DNA from: Clostridium thermobutyricum
GTDB lineage: Bacteria; Bacillota; Clostridia; Ch29
Assembly: GCA_016842005.1 (NCBI GenBank)
Contig: JAENYD010000001.1
Location: 102,754-166,753 of the forward strand
Reading direction: 5' to 3'
DNA: 64,000 nt
Shown: positions 58,355 to 64,000 of the stretch, one piece after another
Numbering within the stretch: the stretch's first letter is position 1
Layout: the number at the start of each line of letters is the position of its first letter
The notes under the pieces: generated by a model
What the model saw: only the letters and a program-made list of their open reading frames with translations
What the model was told of the DNA's origin: nothing
The model's database searches: none
Position numbers and translations under genes: made by a program

Positions 58355-58500
58355 ATTTTACACCCCTCCGGAAATTTTCACCTTCAAGCCCATCCCTGAT
58401 ACAGACGGGTATAGTGTTACCCGCCTGCATGAGGACGCAGCTCAGATTTAACAAATAGACCTATAGGTATTATTATATCCACTTTTATCAGCAGCTTCAA

Positions 58501-60534
<2,034 letters not shown>

Positions 60535-60772
60535 CTAACCGTATTTTATCCTACATTAATTGATTTTACCATTAAAACACAGCCTGTGCCATAACAAATA
60601 CCCTCTGCACGGATTGCATCAGGAAGGAGACAGCCTTATAATCAAACCCCATCAGGAACACTCATGCACAGCCATTGAAGATACCGAGGACATCAACACC
60701 TTTTACCCCATAAGAGAAGACTATTTGTAAGGCGAAACTTCATTAAGGCGGAATTTTTACCCCGCCTGAGTG

Positions 60773-61726
60773 CTAGACTGACCCGTCAAAAAACGCCGCT
60801 ATCCTGTCTATGCTTTGGTACCCGCTGATATCATATTCCATTAGAGGAATTGTGCATAACACCCTGTCCCCGAACTTTTCCTCTATCTGTTTCAAAAATT
60901 TTTCTTCCACTTCTTTTCGTTTCATCAGGAAATCACTGTCAACCCTTTCAGGCAAAACCCTGTTCACAATTACCCCCTCCACAGGAATACCGTATCTTTC
61001 CAGAAAACCAATTGCCTTTTCGGTCTCGATAACGGGAAGCCGTTGTGGATTCAGGACAAAAACAAATCCTGCCCTTTTGTGGTCAACCAGAAAAGTCCTG
61101 GCTTTTTCAAAGCTTATCTTTCTTTTGAACAGTATGTCGATTATCGGGTCTTCCCTGGCCCTTTCCTCAAGGGATTTTTCCACTTTGGAAACCATGTTGA
61201 ACAGTTCATTCACATCTTTCCTGCGCTTTATGATGCCGTCCAGCCATCCTCCCATAAGTTCCGGCAGCGACAGCAGTCGCATTGTATGGCCGGTGGGGGC
61301 GGTGTCAAAGACCACCCTGTCATATTCCCTGCCCACAACATCAATAATCTCTATAAACTTGTCAAAGATGGCGGCTTCTGCGGCGCCGGGAGAATGATAG
61401 GCAGCATCCAGCTGTTTCTCTATTTCATTGATTATCAGCGGACTGAAGCCACCCTTCATCTGCTTTTTTATCCGGTCAATATATTTCTTGCTTTCTATCT
61501 CAGGGTCTATCTCTATACCATACAGATTTTCCGCCAGCTTTACCGCTTCATTCCCCAGCTCGGTCTCAAATATGTCACCCAGGGAATGGGCAGGGTCGGT
61601 AGACAAAACAAGGGTTTTATAGCCTTTTCTTGACAGGTATAGGGAAAAGGCGGAAGAACAGGTGGTCTTGCCTACTCCGCCCTTGCCCCCGAAGAAAACA
61701 ACCTGCTTATTTATCAAACCATCCAT
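60773..61726 (-). CDS. ArsA/Get3-family anion-transporting-type ATPase
   Basis: GGKGGVGKTT (deviant Walker A), STDPAHSL and DTAPTGHT motifs. Confidence 0.8.
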   Translation of the reverse strand: MDGLINKQVVFFGGKGGVGKTTCSSAFSLYLSRKGYKTLVLSTDPAHSLGDIFETELGNEAVKLAENLYGIEIDPEIESKKYIDRIKKQMKGGFSPLIINEIEKQLDAAYHSPGAAEAAIFDKFIEIIDVVGREYDRVVFDTAPTGHTMRLLSLPELMGGWLDGIIKRRKDVNELFNMVSKVEKSLEERAREDPIIDILFKRKISFEKARTFLVDHKRAGFVFVLNPQRLPVIETEKAIGFLERYGIPVEGVIVNRVLPERVDSDFLMKRKEVEEKFLKQIEEKFGDRVLCTIPLMEYDISGYQSIDRIAAFFDGSV

Positions 61727-61741
61727 ATCAATACCCCTCTC

Positions 61742-62035
61742 TCATCCCACATGGATATCGTATTTGCCCATCTGCTCGCTTATTATGTCTGTTTTGATGG
61801 ACATCCGTTTCTGCCATCCCTCCAGCTCTTTTGTCATATAGGGCAGCATCTCAAGTGTATAATAGGAAACAGGCGAAGGTATGCCAAGGAAATCAGAAAA
61901 ACATAAAAGCGTAAAATAATCATTGTAATCGATGGCATCCTTTTTTAATACATTGATGGAATTGTCCTTCAGACCTCCTGCATAGCCCGAAAAAAAATCC
62001 TTCAGTCCGGACATAAATCTGTTCTTTTTACCCAT
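61742..62035 (-). CDS. Hypothetical 97-aa protein paired with the ArsA-like ATPase
   Basis: ORF only. It sits 16 nt upstream of and co-oriented with the ATPase gene. Confidence 0.3.
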   Translation of the reverse strand: MGKKNRFMSGLKDFFSGYAGGLKDNSINVLKKDAIDYNDYFTLLCFSDFLGIPSPVSYYTLEMLPYMTKELEGWQKRMSIKTDIISEQMGKYDIHVG

Positions 62036-62214
62036 CGGCAGAACCTCCTCTGTTTAATTTTATCCCTATTCGGCCTTGGTTTCAATATTATGAGTAAAAT
62101 TGCCGGACCGGTATCCGGGATAAAAAAACAGGACAGGCCGTTACGCCTGCCCTGTCCTCGTTTGTTCACCGGCTTCCCGTTGCCGGTAATCCCTGATATG
62201 TCAAACCGTCCTTG

Positions 62215-63405
62215 CTATCCAAGAACCTTCCTGATTCTGTCTATGGCCCAGTCAATCTCCTCTTTTGTGATTACAAGGGGTGGGGCAAAACGGATAACAG
62301 TATAATGGGTCTCAAAACAAAGTACCCCTTCTTCCTTAAGCCTCATACAATAAGGCCTGGCATCCTCATTCAATTCCACACCAACCAGGAGACCCCTGCC
62401 CCTTACCTCTTTTATCACAGGGTTCTCTATCTCCCTCAGTCTGCCCATAAAGTATTCTCCCATTTCCCGGGCACGCTCCACCAGGTTCTCTTCTTCTATG
62501 ACCTCAAGGGCCGCGATGGCACAGGCACAGGCCAGGGGATTTCCGCCAAATGTGGAACCGTGGGATCCGGGCTCAAAAACCCCGAGAATCTCCTTATCGG
62601 CCGCTACGGCTGAAACCGGCATAACTCCGCCGCCCAGAGCCTTGCCCAGGACATAGATGTCCGGTGTTACTCCTTCCCAGTCCACTGCAAACTTTTTCCC
62701 GGTCCGTCCAAAACCTGTCTGGATTTCATCCGCAATAAACAATACATTATTTTGTTTGCACAGCTGATAGGCCTCTTTCAGGAATCCATCCCTCGGAATC
62801 AATATGCCTCCTTCCCCCTGGATGGGCTCGACCATAAATGCAGCCGTGTTCTCATTAATTGAAGCTTTCAATGCATCAATGTCACCATAGGGGATAATCC
62901 TGAACCCGGGGGTGAGGGGGCCATAACCTCTCTTGTAGGCCGGCTCGGATGAAAATGAAACTATAGTTATTGTACGCCCGTGAAAATTGCCCGAACACAC
63001 TATTATTTCCGCTTTGTCCTCTGCAACTTTCTTGACATCATAAGCCCAGCGCCTGGCAGCCTTTAATGCCGTTTCAACAGCCTCTGCCCCCGTATTCATG
63101 GGCAGTATCATGTTTTTGCCTGTAAAGGATGCCAGTTTTTCAAAGTACGGGCCCATCCGGTCGTTATTGAATGCCCTGGACGTCAATGTCACTTTATCCG
63201 CCTGTTCCTTCAGCGCTGCTATTACCTTCGGGTGCCTGTGCCCGTGGTTAAGGGCGGAATATGCGCTGAGCATATCCATATAGCGGTTCCCTTCCGGGTC
63301 CTCCACCCATACGCCTTCCGCCCTGGATATAACAATGGGCAGAGGATTGTAGTTGCGGGCGCCGTATTTCCCTGCAAGTCTGATTATCTCTTCGCTTTTT
63401 GTCAT
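62215..63405 (-). CDS. rocD: Ornithine--oxo-acid aminotransferase (class III PLP aminotransferase)
   Basis: LTSRAFNND (OAT hallmark) and the PLP-Lys region. Start set at MTKSEEII (ATG 63405). Confidence 0.75.
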   Translation of the reverse strand: MTKSEEIIRLAGKYGARNYNPLPIVISRAEGVWVEDPEGNRYMDMLSAYSALNHGHRHPKVIAALKEQADKVTLTSRAFNNDRMGPYFEKLASFTGKNMILPMNTGAEAVETALKAARRWAYDVKKVAEDKAEIIVCSGNFHGRTITIVSFSSEPAYKRGYGPLTPGFRIIPYGDIDALKASINENTAAFMVEPIQGEGGILIPRDGFLKEAYQLCKQNNVLFIADEIQTGFGRTGKKFAVDWEGVTPDIYVLGKALGGGVMPVSAVAADKEILGVFEPGSHGSTFGGNPLACACAIAALEVIEEENLVERAREMGEYFMGRLREIENPVIKEVRGRGLLVGVELNEDARPYCMRLKEEGVLCFETHYTVIRFAPPLVITKEEIDWAIDRIRKVLG

Positions 63406-63448
63406 TGATAAAATCCCCCCTATATGTTTTTGTATTATATATAAAGTA

Positions 63449-64000
63449 TTAAAACCTGAGTGACAGGCATGTGAGCCCTCCGTCCAGTTTTCTGAATTCG
63501 GACATGCCCACTTCCAAAGTCTTGTAGCCGGCCCTTTCCACCAGGGCTTTGGTCTTTTCAAATCCTTCCGGCACAATTACGTACCGGTTTATCCTTATGC
63601 AGTTTACCGAATAGCTTTCATCATCGTCCACCGCAATGACGTTGAAGTCTTCAAAATCAGGGCAGTCAATAAACTCGCCCGCTGCAAGAATATTATTATC
63701 GCCAAGGTATACCACCCCTGTTTTCAGGTGAAGCACTTCCCTGACAGGTATGGTTGACCCGGTATAACCGTACTTTTTCAGATACTGTATTAACTGCCTG
63801 GCCCCCTCCTCATTGGTCCTCTTTGAAAGCCCGATGAAGAAATGGTTCTCAACCCTCATCACATCCCCGCCTTCAAGAGTCCCGGGTGCTTTTATGGTTT
63901 CGATATCGCTGTAGAATTCTTTCAGCGCTTCCCTGATTTCAATTTCTTCTCCTTTTCTGCTTGGCGCCCCCGGATTGGTGATTATTGCACAATGCCCGGT
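63449..64000 (-). CDS. DDAH/amidinotransferase-superfamily protein (C-terminal catalytic Cys, GGLTCLSL). The N-terminus is beyond the right window edge.
   Basis: The reading frame is open to position 64000 (…[22 protein letters not shown]…). The C-terminal TCLSLRF is the DDAH active-site motif. Confidence 0.7.
   Translation of the reverse strand, partial: TGHCAIITNPGAPSRKGEEIEIREALKEFYSDIETIKAPGTLEGGDVMRVENHFFIGLSKRTNEEGARQLIQYLKKYGYTGSTIPVREVLHLKTGVVYLGDNNILAAGEFIDCPDFEDFNVIAVDDDESYSVNCIRINRYVIVPEGFEKTKALVERAGYKTLEVGMSEFRKLDGGLTCLSLRF

Overview
This 64-kb window is chromosomal DNA from what looks like a spore-forming anaerobic Firmicute (Clostridia-type), and almost all of it is coding. Three lines of evidence support that placement: the gene order gerM–rph–rdgB–ysnB and ligA…gatCAB matches Bacillus; there are three Spo0E-like genes; and a tungsten aldehyde:ferredoxin oxidoreductase sits next to NuoEF-like modules.

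Genes called from the ORF translations and motifs I recognise, in window order:
- a class II HMG-CoA reductase (partial, on the - strand at the left edge)
- a sigma-54-dependent activator (CBS-PAS-AAA+-HTH) immediately upstream of a TctA/TctB-like transporter pair; a consensus -24/-12 promoter and three TGTATA-N5-TATACA enhancer-like palindromes lie between them
- a GntR regulator, a five-gene Dpp/Opp-family ABC importer operon led by an AlaDH/PNT-family (CEOS-like opine-synthase-like) gene, and a LysE exporter
- a two-component system, DNA topoisomerase III, and an unusual 1122-aa fusion of an EndoQ-like PHP nuclease to a UvrD/PcrA-type helicase
- a six-gene operon: poly-ferredoxin, AOR, MoaD-like protein, NuoE-like protein, extended NuoF-like protein and a NuoG-N-like FeS protein
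- IclR and FIST-domain regulators, and a seven-tRNA cluster (Gly-Arg-His-Gln-Lys-Gly-Arg) with a perfect sigma-A promoter
- a cell-wall amidase, a PurM-like protein, a DUF4433 (DarT-like) candidate and a permease
- a type I R-M locus: ygjP-like, hsdR, hsdS, a dinD/rhuM-family gene carrying one in-frame TAA, hsdM and an extra half-hsdS
- a decayed DUF2188 pseudogene, a YtrA-type GntR/ABC module, gatCAB, ligA, an ArsA/Get3-like ATPase, ornithine aminotransferase and a DDAH-like gene (partial at the right edge)

The observations I think deserve a second look:
- The AOR–NuoEF(G) operon is a candidate NADH/ferredoxin-linked, Bfu-type bifurcating tungsten aldehyde oxidoreductase.
- A roughly 140-nt structured intergenic repeat occurs in three copies.
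- The sigma-54 circuit driving the TctAB-like transporter is unusually complete in the sequence.
- The EndoQ–helicase fusion.
- The type I R-M island with a nonsense-interrupted DinD and a spare half-S gene.

No CRISPR array, rRNA or recognisable transposase/integrase was seen. Every domain and family assignment rests on motif and sequence recognition by eye, not on database searches.
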